This document shows, one piece after another, positions 48,634 to 61,408 of a stretch of 64,000 nucleotides of DNA. The notes beneath the pieces are model-generated. The model made no database searches, was not told the DNA's origin, and was given only the letters and a program-made list of their open reading frames with translations. How positions within the stretch are numbered: position 1 is the stretch's first letter; every line of letters begins with the position of its first letter. The stretch is from Camelus ferus. Its lineage: Eukaryota. The translations under genes were made by a program, and so were the position numbers. Location: positions 117,988,001 through 118,052,000 of the forward strand of contig NC_045696.1 in NCBI RefSeq assembly GCF_009834535.1. Reading direction: 5' to 3'.

Positions 48634-51194
48634 GGTGTGAAGTCACAAAGGTCAAAGGGAATGTGGAGAGTTCAGGAAATTGCACATGATTCTCTCTCTG
48701 TGACTGGGGCAAGGCATACATTCGGAGAGATGCAGAGGTGGAGAGAGGAAAATAACAGAGAGGGGTGGTGGCCAGGGAGTAAAGAGAGCTGAACGCTACA
48801 CTATGAAATGTGCAGGAAAGTCTCAGCTGTATGACTCTGGGCTCTGGTGGGAAAAATGAGGTACTGTCCACGAAAATGCTCTGTGATGAGATTCAAATGT
48901 AAATGATTATTAATAGACTTCAGCCTATGATGTTTGATCCTGCCTGCAGGCCTGATAAACTGGGCCAGCTACAAGTCTATTTACAACCAGAACTAAGAGA
49001 ATTCTATCCTATGGGGAAAAGGAATCAGATATAAAAGCCAGTCTAAAAACAATGGTTATTGGGGGAGGGCATGAGTCTAAGCTGAGAAGTGTCCCTTGGG
49101 TTTGTCCACCCTACTCTCACTGGCCTCCACTCTCAACCGCAGCGATGGGGGATGGGGGAAGAATCAGGGAGGAAAAGCCATGAATAAAAATAGGAAGCAC
49201 TGGAGCAGTAGAGTTCTGTAAGACAGTTGGTGCAAATATCCCTGCTTCATCGTGTGAACCCAAATTCAGAGAGACATCTATTATCGGCTTCTGCCAGGAA
49301 CATGATGTGGCTCTGGCATCCTGAGAACTCCAAAAGGTGTGCTGCACGGTTACCACCAGAGGAATCCCACACATCAGTAGTGGTGATGCTCAGCAGAAGA
49401 GGTGGATGCCATGGAGAGCATCTTGTCCATGGGCCCCAGAGGCAGTGAAGTGCCCCAGGACTGGAGGCCCACAGAGCAGGAGCCAGAGTGAGAGGGGAGG
49501 AAAATGGGGGCCATACGTGGTACCCAGCAGAAACCATGTGGGACTCCCAGCAAGAAATGCCCAAACCCTTTCCAGAAGCAGAGGTCCTGCAGTGAAATAT
49601 GTATTGCTACTGTTAATGTGCCCCTGTTTCAACCAGGATTTATGCAGCCTGGGGAAGCATAATAATAATTACTATTATTATTTACCAGATAATAACAACT
49701 TTTATAAGAAAAATGCCTTTCATTTCTTATTAATCACTGCCTAGCCTAATCCCTTATAAGCAGGTGCTGAATAGATACTAAGTTGTTACCTCGGGTTTCC
49801 CTGAAATTGGAACATAGAAGATACTATGTTAAGGTCTAAAGAATAGCATGTTGGGCTCATCATTAAAGGATGGCTAGTGAATGACATCAAAGCCCAGAGA
49901 CTCTGCAATGTTGCAGAAGCTGTCAAACTTCCAAGGGTGTATCATCTGTAAATATGTCTCAAGACTCCTCTGGAATCGGTAATACTTTCCATCTGCAACA
50001 TCTCCTTGGGGTGGTAAATGTCATATGCTACTATCCCCCAGGGAAATAGCATATCTTTTCCGTGTGCCTGTCTGAAACTCTAAGGGGTGTTATTTGTCAT
50101 CAAGTGTGTCTTTCCACAGGGCAAAAGCTGGGTTTCTCAGTGTTTGCTAATCATTTAGAGCTGCACCAAAACCTGGATGAACCTCTCCTGCTCAGCTGTG
50201 GTGAGTCACGGATGTGGTCCTTCCTTCTTATTGGTATCATCAGCAACAATGTGCTTTGACCTCTACTAATAAGAATTTAAAACATAACAAGCAAAATCTT
50301 ACACTCTAACCGTATTCCTTCCAGAGTCAGAGGACACATCAAATTGTGTCCCCCCTTTTAACTAAAATCTTTGTCCCAAGTAAGATTTCAGCCAACTAGA
50401 TCTCATCTGTATCCTTCTGGGCTAGCCCCCAGGACTTATTTGGGTTTGAGTCCAGTCTGTTCTGAAACTTCAGGTTGAAAATAAGTAAGTAAATAAATGT
50501 TTGGAGTATTGGCAGGGGATGGGGGGGTTCAAATAACTATATAAACCAAAAATATTTTTAAAATAAAATTTTCTACATCTTTTTTTTTAACTGAAAAAGG
50601 TCCTATTTATTCTCTCCCCTTTAACACACCTTGGCAGGAATATCCTAATGGATTTCATCTAATAAACATGGTTCAACCCATTTTTCTTACCAGGTTTCTC
50701 TCCTGCAAAGTTTTCTTAAGTGTGGAACAATATTATTGCCCTCAACAGAAACGTGATCTATTTCTCTGGTCTGCTTTAAGCTGTTTATCATTTGCTTTAC
50801 TATTTCAGATGCAATTAATCTTCTAAAAACAGATTATACTCAAAGATGTTTTATGGCTAAAAGCTCCATCAAGACTTTTTCACAACTTGTTAATGGAACA
50901 GAAAGCAACCAGGTAACCGTGTTCCAGGTGCTGTAATAAGTGCTTACTACTGCATTTGTGGAAGCCATCACTGTTGTTTCGCAGACACTGAGAAAACCTC
51001 TTTGTTTCATAAATCATTGAAATATTCCAGGACCTTTTTGCATGAGCCAGAGATATTCCTAGAGTGTTTAGCATCAATAACAATGAAACCGACATGACAA
51101 CATCTTAAAGCGATCTGAAATATTGTATGGGGAGTTCCAGGCTGCCTCTCATTGGAGGAATACTAAAAACAAGTATATTTCACCACCCCTCCCC

Positions 51195-51195
<1 letters not shown>

Positions 51196-51257
<62 letters not shown>
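51196..51257. repeat. (CA)n microsatellite, about 31 units with one interruption
   Basis: Direct reading; single TA at 51231-51232. Confidence 0.98.
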
Positions 51258-52105
51258 CCCACTTAGGCAACTTACTACTTCTAGGGCTAATTAAGCCTTT
51301 ATTCTTAATAGAGATACTATAACCAGACTTAATGCATAATGGAAATTTTAAATTTCAATCTACTTGTATGGAATGAATCTAAAATATAGAAATTAGTTGA
51401 ACATATTATGCATCATCGGTGAACTCAACTTGCAATGGTTTACAATGGAGGCTCCTGCTCAGTGACAGCTTCTTATTGGCAAAATAGGTAAGTCCTACCA
51501 AAAGAAATGAACCTGGCCTCCGTGAGACTCATTTCTCTTTGCTCTTCTGGCTCAGGCCAAGATTCTTAGAATCATCCTTGATTTCTCTTCTCTTCTCACC
51601 ATCAACAAACTGCGACAGCCCTAATTCAACATAACTAGAATCCAGCAGCTCACACCTCCACAGCCACCACCTGGCCTAGAGTCTCCAAGCTGACTTCCCA
51701 GCGTCTTCCTTCACCCCCTCCCCTCTATAATCCATTTTCTACCAGAAACCAGAAGATTTTTTAAAAATGTAAGTCACATCCCGTCCCTCCTTTGCTTTCT
51801 TCTCACCGAGAGTAAACACCAAAGACTGATCACGGTTTAGAAAGCCCTCCACTGCCTTTCTGAGCTCATCTCCTCCCACCCATGCCTGCCCTCAATGATT
51901 CTAAGTCCAGCCTCACTGCCTTCCTCCTTCTCTTCAAATATCTATGCTCTCACCTTCTGCTCTTGCCTCAAGAAGGTCTTTGCACTCGATATTCCCTCTG
52001 CCTACAATAGATTTCTGCCAGATAGCCATGTGGGTGTCTCTCTCACTTGCTTCAGAACTCTGCTCGAACAGCACCTTTTCAGGGAGGTCTGGCCACCATA
52101 CCTAA

Positions 52106-52707
52106 CAGAGGAGGAGTCCTGGATCCGATTTATGTGCCTCTGCAGATCTGTTCCATTGCATCTGTTCCCAGGCATCACTCGCTTGCCCTATCCTGCAGGT
52201 GGAGGCGCCCCAGCCAGCGTGATGCATATGAGCAAAGCCCTGATGTACCCACCATCTCCTCATCTCTCGCCGCGGCCGCCTGGCTCAACTTCCCCTCTGG
52301 CAGCTCCTGAATGCGGGTCTGACCCAGCTGGACCCGTGAGGGTTCCAGCCTCCCCAGCAGCTGCCCAGAGAGGTGAGGTAACACCAACCGGAAGTAGAAC
52401 ACCCACTTGGGTGAACTTTGATCAGCGAGAGACCAGAAATGGCAGGAGATCAAACCAAATTGCTCTCTCTTCCTTCCCCAAGTACAGAGCTCCTCATGGG
52501 CTCTCTGGGAATGTCCTGAGGGACCCACCTTTTTCCTCTTAGGCTATGACCAGTTTAAAAAAGCACCACCTCTTATTTGTTTCCCTGATTTTTCTGCTGA
52601 GCATTCCCTTCTCCCTTACTTTCACAACCCTGAGATTGCACCTCCCCAAAGTGCTAGGATGTCAGCTTTGTCTCGGGCTCTGTGTTCTAGGGAATCTAAG
52701 AGATACA
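52106..52707 (+). mobile_element. Old ERVL-type solo LTR (LTR33-group-like)
   Basis: Ends ttgcacctccccaaagtgc ... ctttgtctcgggctctgtgttctagggaatctaagagataca; interrupts an L2. Confidence 0.55.
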
Positions 52708-52745
52708 CGCACACACGCGCGCGCGCACACACACACACACACGCA
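52703..52745. repeat. (CA)n(CG)n(CA)n alternating purine-pyrimidine tract
   Basis: atacacgcacacacgcgcgcgcgcacacacacacacacacgca. Confidence 0.92.
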
Positions 52746-53138
52746 GAGCTACACTCCAAACCCTGACCTGACCCTGCTTTATTTCTCCCTGTTGCTTGTC
52801 ATCAGTTATCTCCCCCGGTGAAATTTAAACCCCGTGAGAGCACTGACTTGGTTTCTTTGGTTGGATGCTGTGTTTCCAGTAAGCTAGAACAGTGCCTAGC
52901 ACCTACAGCCATTTACTAAAAGTTTAGAAAATAAATATATGGGGAGTTTGTTTGCAAATGTGGAATTAAGCTCTATTTTATACTCCTCAAAACACGGAAA
53001 CTGGAGAAGTTCGGGTTTTTATGCATGACCTGACTTTTCATGTCAAAGCTCCCACCTGGAACTTTCCTATTCTTCCCCTCTCCTGAATTTCACCAAAACC
53101 TCATTGGCCACCTGTCACCTGAAAATTTTACTCCCAAA

Positions 53139-53385
53139 GGGGAAAGGGCAGGGGGAGGGATAAATTAGGAGTATGGAATTAAAAGATACACACTGTTGTA
53201 TATAAAGTAGATAAACAACAAGGTCCCATTATATAGCAGAGGACACTATATTCAATTTCTTATAATAACATACAATGGAAAAGAATCTGAAAAGAAAATA
53301 TATATGTATAACTGAATCACTATGCTGTACACCTGAAACTAACATTGTAAATCAACTACGCTTCAATAAAAAATAAAATTTAAAA
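53139..53385 (+). mobile_element. Short L1 3' UTR insertion
   Basis: ggggaaagggcagggggagggataaattaggag ... ataactgaatcactatgctgtacacctgaaact ... cttcaataaaaaataaaa. Confidence 0.9.
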
Positions 53386-54636
53386 TAATTTAACACCCCA
53401 AACTCCCGTCCGCTGCTTAGGCTCAATGACACATAACCATACTAATCATTTTTTTCAGTCCCCCTGGATGGGGCACATGCAAACTTACGGTGCACTTTAT
53501 GCATTTTACCCATTCTCACACAACTACATAACAGCCCAAAGTAGATTCAGCCTGTCTTTAGTCACCACGCCACACCAGTAGATCCATATAAGGATGTTTC
53601 CTCCACATATCCAAACCCTGCAGGCTGATCCTGTCATTAGTAATAACTACCCATTCCTGAGCACACAGCAACATTTAGTCCTCACCACAACCCTGAGAAG
53701 TGTGAAAATATCTTCAAGCTCACTCATACTAAAGTGTTTAGGACTTACTACTATATATGCCCCTCAGAGTGGATGAAGCTGACATGGTCAACAGTAGTGA
53801 ATCCCTCTGTTACAAGTTCACGCATTGGGGAGCAAGAGACTTCCTCCATGTGGAAAGCAAGAATCCTTCCTTCCTCCTGCTCCTGAATTTACAGTCCTGC
53901 CCAAAGCAGTGATTCTCTGCTCTGTAACCGTCCCCGCCATGTCATTCAGAGGCTCCCAGATATACCCATGCTTCCTTCAATGGCCTGTCTCCATGATCCC
54001 CAACCAGGATGGATGCCCCAGGTATCCATGGGTGCCCCTCATCCCCTTGTCTCTGCCTCATTTGTTATCTTCTTCACTGGGTTCATCTCCAGCCCTATTA
54101 TGCCAGCTCAACCAAAATCTCCACAACCTCCAATGCCTGCCTCAAAATTACCTATTCTAAGAAGATTTGCATGACTTTAAAAGAAAGAAGAAAATACTAC
54201 CTGCACATTTTCCCTCCCCTTCCCCTTTTTTTTAAATGCCCAGAGCATCTCGTTTGTTTATTTCCTCCTGGAATTTAGCACTGACTATATTGCATCAAGC
54301 ATTATAGTCATTTAAGTACGCACCTCATTCCCTCTGTAGACTGCAGGCTCCGAGAGAGGCTTTCTGAATCTTCCTTTATGCCCTAGTTTAGCACAGTCCT
54401 GAAAGTCTCTCAGTAGTTTGCTACAGAGTTGAAGTCCGATAGCTCTGCCCATTCTGTCTTCCTTCATCATTCTTTTGGGGCCATTATCTCATCATGCAGA
54501 ACCTGGATTTCCCAAGTACCTTTCTGACTTTCTCTTGCTTTCACATTTCATTTCTGAGTTGGATTATCCCTCCTCCTCATTTAGTCATGACTGGGGTTCA
54601 ACACTGGATAGCAAATGATGATCAAAAACAAATTGG

Positions 54637-54727
54637 TCCCACTACCTCCATCAATTAAATAAATAAATAAATAAGTAAACCTAACTACCTCCTCCCACAA
54701 AAAAATAAAATAAAATGAACAAAAAAA
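54637..54727 (+). mobile_element. 5'-truncated Vic-1-type SINE (3' half only)
   Basis: tcccactacctccatcaattaaataaataaataaataagtaaacctaactacctcctccc plus A tail matches the 3' part of the full copies. Confidence 0.8.
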
Positions 54728-54739
54728 TTAGTTATCATT

Positions 54740-54960
54740 TGAAGGTTCACCAGTGTCAGACACCATACCAAATATGACTGATTAGCTCCTTCTGTGCTCG
54801 TGATGGCTCTATTTGGTGGGCATGTTACCACCCCCATTTTTCCAAATGAGGAGACTAAGGTGCAGAGAGGCTGAGGATTAAGTAACTGGCTCAAGGTCAC
54901 AGGGCTAACAGAGTGGTAGAGCCAGGTTGGCTGGCTCCAGACCTTGCAGGGTCAACCTCT
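54740..54960 (-). mobile_element. MIR
   Basis: cccatttttccaaatgaggagactaaggtgcagagagg...ttaagtaactggctcaaggtcacagggcta. Confidence 0.85.
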
Positions 54961-55614
54961 ACATGAGCCCACCAACCGGGGAAGATAACACTGCTCCAGG
55001 GTCATCCTTAAATCATGTCCAAGTCACCAGCCTTCATAACCACATGAGAAAGCCACGTGCACCAGATTCAATCTCAGTCGCAACAGAGAAACTGTGATTT
55101 TGCCCCCAAAAGTTCAATTTAAATCTAGCCAGAGAAATGTGAATTACTCTTCACTTAGGTTATAATCTTAAATTCCAAAACTTTATGCTTATAAGAAACC
55201 TTTACCGAATTTAAGATTACTGGCTCAGATATAAGCACAGAGTTAATGCTCTTTCTCTGAAGTAATCGGCACAAAGAGTCCCTTTCTTCTTATAGTAAAA
55301 TATGTCATAGAACTTGAACTTGTAGGCAATCACTATCTTTTCTTCGTAAGGAAAAAAAAGCCTTTGAAATATGTACCATAACCTCTGAAAAATACAATTA
55401 TCCTCCCTAAGAATTGAGGCATTTTTCCTGACAAAAACGATGGGCAATTGATCTATAGTTCTTTTCTTCCTCAAAAAAAATTATTGTATATTGTGTAATG
55501 ATCATTATAATTAAAAATTAAGATGGCTTGCAATAATTCCACCATTATTTGATTCAAAATCTTTATAAAATATTGGCATTTCCCAACATTTATTTTTCCT
55601 GTCTATGTTCCATT

Positions 55615-55740
55615 TAAGGCCAAATTTTCAAACCCAGCTGCCAAATTACACATATAATTACTGCATTTGCGCACAAAAATGTGATAATTGCTTACACAAT
55701 TTCAGAGGCCAGCTTGAGGCTCCTTTCCAAATTTGTTTTA
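55615..55740. mobile_element. MER135-like ancient palindromic DNA element
   Basis: GGCCAAATTTTCAAA left end, degenerate inverted right end TTTCCAAATTTGTTT, internal arms AATTACTGCATTT / AAATGTGATAATT. Confidence 0.6.
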
Positions 55741-56565
55741 CATGTACAGTGCGGTGTATGTAGTTTTATAGGAAAATGGGGGAAAGTAGAATTCATGGTT
55801 CGTCTGCGTGACACATGAAAATGGGTACAAAATAAGGCCTTTTATCGATGTCTATGCCTGTCTTCATATTTTCTCCCCATAGATCTATATTTTTAAAAAA
55901 AGTCTTACAGAGCAGCCCAAACTTCAGCTCGAGCTGGAGTCATGGCAATGGAAGGGGATGATGCCTGGTGTAATGCCATAAATAGGACAAGACAGATGCC
56001 CATTTTGTTGGTGGTTGACATGTTGTCATGAGAATTTTTCTGCCTATGAACTGCCTCTATCAACCTGGGTAAGAAAAGATAGATGATGGAAGGCTCACAA
56101 TCGTACAGTCAGCAAGATGACACCAGCCCCAGTAGAGCAGAGTGTGTGGGCCCTGGTGACTGGGGATTTACCCTTCCAACTTCACCATAGGCTTGACGTG
56201 CTGTTTGGCAAACGTCCGCCATGGACCTAGCTGACAATGGGTACTCCTAGTGGAAGGTCTGGTTCAAGAGAAAGCAAAGAAACAAGATCTAACTAGTCAT
56301 ACACATGAGTGAAATGATCTGAGATACTTTTGTTTCTATACAAATAGGGTTGAAAATTATGCCCAGTTCCACATAAGCTAATACCTAGGCTCAGAAAACA
56401 TCCTTCCCAAACTCAAGGACTATGAATCTGATCTCTGACTAGCCAGATATCTGACTATGGAACTGACCAGAAACAATTAAGCCAGAAGCCTATTAAATAA
56501 TGAAGGAAGCTCTATTGACAAAGAAGCCCTCAGAAAGAGCTTCCTCCCCAAAGGCACACCTGAAA

Positions 56566-56810
56566 TAATCATAACGTTTCTTGGGCACTTGATGTGTTAG
56601 GCAACATTCTAAGCATTGTGCATGCCTTCATTCCCTCCTTACATGCTTACTAATCCCAAAAGGTAAGTACTATGATTGTCCCCATTTTGCATCTGAGGAG
56701 ACTGAAGCACAATGACTTTAAGAAATTTGCCAAAGATCATACAGTTAGACAGTGGGAAAGCCAGTTACTTGAACCCAGGCATTCTGACTCCAGAGCCTTT
56801 ACTCTTAACC
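56566..56810 (-). mobile_element. MIR, near full length
   Basis: ggtaagtactatgattgtccccattttgcatctgaggagactgaagcac ... ttgaacccaggcattctgactccagagcc. Confidence 0.88.
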
Positions 56811-57289
56811 CCCAAAACCTGCTGCTTATCAGATGGAAGACAGTGGACAAGGGGCAGCCTCCCAAAGAGAAGACCATGGGCAGCCAACATGACCACCCAT
56901 AGGACACACTAGTGGAAGGCAGTTCTCACCATTTCTGTCCAGCAGAAGGGATATCCTTGTGGACTGAGGACTATTATGAGTTGTTTCTCATTCTTCACTT
57001 TTCCAGATTGGATTTTTAAAATTCCAGCTAGCCTATTCTTCCTTCATCATCTTCTCCAGGCTGTGTTGTATGTGGGTACCATACTATTATCAAGAGTCCT
57101 TAGACCATGAGACATTTCGCCCAGACATGACGGAGCAGAACCCACATCACCCAGAGAATCAAACCTTGGAGCCAATGCACTAAATCTTCGTGTTGTCTCT
57201 AGTGGGAAACGTAGATGTTCTGAGAGGATGAATGGGAAGAGGCTACACATGGGCTCTGGGTAACCAAAGGGCATTCATTGGTAACTTAT

Positions 57290-57860
57290 CTAGGATCCAC
57301 TTCCCCCTTTCCAGGTTTATGGGCTCCTCATACTGTTCATGAGCTCTGGGGGCCATAAGTCTCATCCTCAGTCACAGAAGTGAGTGAATCCTGATTGGTA
57401 CACAAATCAGAATCATCCCACCCCACCTCCACATCAACCTCAACATGACGATTGGTTTAGGAATGGTGAGTGATCCAATTGTAAACGGATCAGTACACAG
57501 CACTTCCTCACCATCACTGGTTCAGGGTAATCCAAATGATGCAAAGAGCAAGGCTTTTGTTCACTGGTTGGGGGAAGAGGTACCTTTTTCTCTATCTGGA
57601 TGTGGGAGTGGAAACATGTCACCTTGATGACTGCTGGCGGCCACCTTACAACCACAAAGAAAGCCAGTCATGGAATAAAACTAGAACCGTATAGTAGAGT
57701 GAAACAGGGAAGAAAAAAATACTGAAACTAGTCTTTGATAACATCCCGGAACTAGATCAAACATTAGTGAAACTCACCCAACCTCTAAACTTCCAATTGT
57801 ATGAGCCAACAAGTCTCCTTTTCTACTTAAGCCAGTCTGAGTTTTGTTTTCGTCTACTTG
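57290..57860 (+). mobile_element. Old MaLR LTR (MLT1K-like)
   Basis: gattggtttaggaatggtg...gctggcggccacctt...tatgagccaacaagtctccttttctacttaagccagtctgagttttgtttt. Confidence 0.7.
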
Positions 57861-58039
57861 ATGTGTCTTCTAAGGTTATTTGCATAGTTTGGGGAAATAA
57901 TAGCCTAGAAAATATTTGATTTCTATGTAGCCTAAGAAGTTTAGGCTGACACCTGGACCACCTGGACCACCACAGTTCCAGTGGTGCAAATGTCTTGTAC
58001 CATGAAATTCAACACCATTCTAGCTGGTTTGGGAGGCTC

Positions 58040-58360
58040 TGAGGCGGTGTAGGGCAGTGGAAGATGCACAGGACTTGGTTGAGCTCAAATCCCAGCTCTT
58101 TTGCTTACTAATTGGATCAGGTGACCATAGAATTTACTATCCAAGTCAGGATATTTGTGAGTAAAAGGGAGTGTTATAAATAATGTCTCTGGGACAACAG
58201 TCATAATCCGGAATGTTACCAGGAAAATCGGTGTGAACGCTTCCTCTATAGCTGGGATGCTTTGGACAAGTCTTTGAGTGTCAATTCACATATCTGTTAA
58301 ATGGGGGCTAACAGCACTTGTCTCTCGTGGTTGTAGAGGATTCAAGGAGACAAGACACAT
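58040..58360 (+). mobile_element. MIR interrupted by MER94
   Basis: gagctcaaatcccagctcttttgcttacta [insert] tagctgggatgctttggacaagtc ... atctgttaaatgggggctaacagcac. Confidence 0.75.
58117..58248. mobile_element. MER94-like hAT-Blackjack MITE
   Basis: ggtgaccatagaatttactatccaagtcaggatatttgtgagtaaaaggg...gggacaacag; degenerate 8-bp TSD TAATTGGA / TAGCTGGG. Confidence 0.7.
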
Positions 58361-59147
58361 AACAGGTGTTGGGAGAATTGGCCTTATGAAGAAAGACCAT
58401 CCTACTTTTTTATTCTAAATGCTTCTGTACAGATAATTTTTAAAAACATATTCATATATTTATTGAGTGATTTAGAGATTTTTCTTTAGAAATAAATACT
58501 AACTAAAAGAAATAAATACAAATAAGAATCTATAAAAGCCTTACAAACTTTAATAATCTATAAAAATTAGGGTCAATTTTGCACGTAGGTATGGTAGGTT
58601 CCACCATTTAGACAATTTTCAGGGATGCAAGAAAAGTCCCCTTCCTCCCAACAAATTGTTTTCTTGGAGATGCCTAAAATTTTTCAGCTGTTAAAAATAA
58701 TTGTCTCTTATTTTCTCTAGCATGCAACACTTAGAGTTTGCTATAGCATGAACTTACAAAGTCATTAGTCATTCTCATGGTAGTGACCATTGAGATGGGG
58801 GCAAACTCATAAAGAAGCGGCAACACAGGTGATCCTGTCTTGAGTTTTTTCACCCTTTTCCCAACATGCCCAGTCCTGAACATCATTGCCCTCCCAACTT
58901 CCCAAAGGATTTTGTCATTCTTGTCACCAATCCAAACTTTTCCTAGCCAGCATGTGAATGGCTCTGGCATAGTCAAAAGAATTATTTCTCAGCCCCCTTA
59001 TTGAATCTTTACATCATGAATTTGAAGTCACACCAGTACTAGCAAGCCACTTCTCTGACACAGGAATTCAGAACACATATAAGTCAGAATCTGCTCCAAA
59101 GGCAGTTATTCAAACAGATTTCTTTAATAAAAAGATGAGTTAACTGA

Positions 59148-59292
59148 TACATTCAATATCTTATAATAAACTATAATGGAAATGAATATGAAAAAGAATA
59201 CATATATGTATATGTATAACTGAATCACTATTCTGTACACCAGAAAGTAACATAACATTGTAAACCAACTATACTTCAATTTTTTTTAAAAA
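59148..59292 (+). mobile_element. Short L1 3' end
   Basis: attcaatatcttataataaactataatgga ... aaaccaactatacttcaat; flanking GTTAACTGA at 59139-59147 and 59294-59302. Confidence 0.9.
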
Positions 59293-59431
59293 GGTTAACT
59301 GAGTAAATATAAAGATAAAAAAGAGAATCTTAAGGTATCTTGGAGTTAACAATTTTGGGAAACAGCTACTGCCCATAGGGCTGAGGGGATAAAGAGAAGA
59401 GGTTAAAATTATTAAAACTGACTTGGAATTT

Positions 59432-60003
59432 TAAAAGACACATGCACCCCAGTGTTCATGGCAGCACTAGTTACAACAGCCAAGACATGGAAGCAACCTA
59501 ATGTCCATGAACAGATGACTGGATAAAGAAGTTGTGGTATATTTATACAATAGAATATTACTCAGCCATAAAAAAGAATAAAATTTTGCCATTTGCTGCA
59601 ATATAGATGACCTGGTGATTATCATTCTAAGTGAAGTCAGACAGAGAAAGACAAATATCACATGATATCACTTATATGTGGTACCTAAAAAATAATACAA
59701 ATGAACTCATTTACAAAACAGAAAGAGACTCACAGCCATAGAAGACTTACAATTACCAGGGGAAAAAGGAGGGAATGGATAAATTAGGAGTTTGGGATTA
59801 ACATACACTCACTCTTGCATATAAAATAGATAAACAACAGAGACCTAATGTACAGCATGGAGAACTATATTCAATATCTTGTAATAACCTATAATGGAAA
59901 AGAATATGAAAAAAAGTATGTATGTAAGTGAATCCCTTTGTTGTACACCAGAAACTATACAACATTGTAAACCAACTATCGGTCAATTTAAAAAAAAAAA
60001 AAA
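59432..60003 (+). mobile_element. 5'-truncated L1 (end of ORF2, 3' UTR and poly(A))
   Basis: aaaagacacatgcaccccagtgttcatggcagcact... to poly(A); TSD AAAACTGACTT(G/A)GAA at 59414-59428 and 60000-60014. Confidence 0.95.
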
Positions 60004-61301
60004 CTGACTTAGAAAAGGGGCTTTATGAGACTGAAGCTCAGGCCTCAGAGCAGAGGGCACTGCTCACCTAGTCCTGGTGTCCCTGAGTTCATAGGAGGGT
60101 CCTGGTGGCCGAGACCTAAACTCCTGAGGAGGGGGCTCCAGTCAACATGTGCCGGCATCTCTGAAGAGAGAGCAGTGCAGATTTTACAAGTGTTGGAGAA
60201 ACTGCAAGCTGGATCCTGATGCTGCCCTAGAAAGGAAGTGCCCCTGCCCAGGTGAAAAAGCATTGCTAGGGTTATGTTCACAGAAAGAAGAAGCCAAACC
60301 AGAACAGGAAGAAGCAAGTCCCCTTTCCTCCTCCACCTCTGGTGCCCCCTATTGGCAGAGCTTACAGGCAATCAGTTTATGAAGCCAAGTGCTCTTTGCA
60401 GGGCCTCAGCCTCAGGATCACAAAGCAAAGGCCAGGTTTGGAGTTCAGAGATAACTTAATGGCTAACACAGAGCAGCAGATTTCTACTGTGTGGAGAAGG
60501 AACCCATAATCTGACTCTCAGGATAAAAATACCCAGTTCCTGCAAGACATCTCCCATGCTGCCTACACCACCACCGATGAAAGTACTTTGAAAACTGTGA
60601 AGTATCATTGAAAGAAAAGTGCTACAGTTATTATTTCTCCTGGAAGACAGATATGAACAGGCAATCTCTAACAGCTTGGATATCAAGAGTTGAGTTGTTG
60701 ACATCTTAGCAACCATATTTATTTTATGAACTACTACCTGCCAGAAACATCATGGTTATTTCTGTCCCAACAGAAGCTGAGAGGATGCTTTCCCCTAAGG
60801 AAACACCTTAAGACTTTGTGATTATTCTCCATAGATATTTAGAGAGCCATCATTTGCGTATCTCTATTTTCTCTGGGAGCTGAAGGAGAAAATACTGATT
60901 TGGGAATATTGTGAAAGTCACACAGCGTGTACAAAGCTAATAAAAAGGCATATTGTGGTCATGGTAGAATTTTCAAAGAGGTAATGATCATAGCTTCACT
61001 GTTGCCTACCTGTTTGGCAATTTTTCTTTTGTATAAAATATCTATTCCTTATATTGTCTCGGTCTTTGTTGACTGAGTTTGGACAGATTGGATAAGACAA
61101 GAAAATCTATATGCTTATAGCAATTTTTGACAACCCGAATAGACATAAAAATCTTTCTGATGTCTTTCTTGGGGAAGTGAAATGCAGCGGTCAACCACAA
61201 ACGTGTTCAGAAACTACCTTTAATTGCCAAATTGGAAGACTGGCCTTAGATCAATGCTTTAAACTCCAGTATTCCTAAATGTGACCTAAAAGATACATAT
61301 A

Positions 61302-61408
61302 GGGGAGGGTATGGCTCAGTGGTGAAGTGCATGCTTGGTGTGCACGAGGTCCTGGGTTCAATCCCCAGTGCCTCCATTCAGGGAAAATAAATAAAATAAA
61401 AAATAAAA
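61302..61408 (+). mobile_element. Vic-1-type SINE (short-tail variant) with TSD
   Basis: ggggagggtatggctcagtggt...gcacgaggtcctgggttcaatccccagtgcctccat; TSD TAAAAGATACA(T/C)ATA at 61287-61301 and 61404-61418. Confidence 0.93.

Larger units (their letters stand above)
51530..52935 (+). mobile_element. L2a fragment split by an LTR (L2 parts about 51530-52105 and 52770-52935)
   Basis: gctcaggccaagattcttagaatcatccttgatttctc ... aaaatgtaagtcacatc ... tail tttccagtaagctagaacagtgcctagcac. Confidence 0.75.

Noticed and set aside
51895..52542. Longest ORF in the window (215 aa)
   Set aside because: It spans an L2/LTR junction, has low-complexity Pro/Ser/Leu composition and no recognisable domain.
53139..53159. 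Canonical G-quadruplex GGGGAAAGGGCAGGGGGAGGG as a novel element
   Set aside because: It is the known G-rich tract of the L1 3' UTR.
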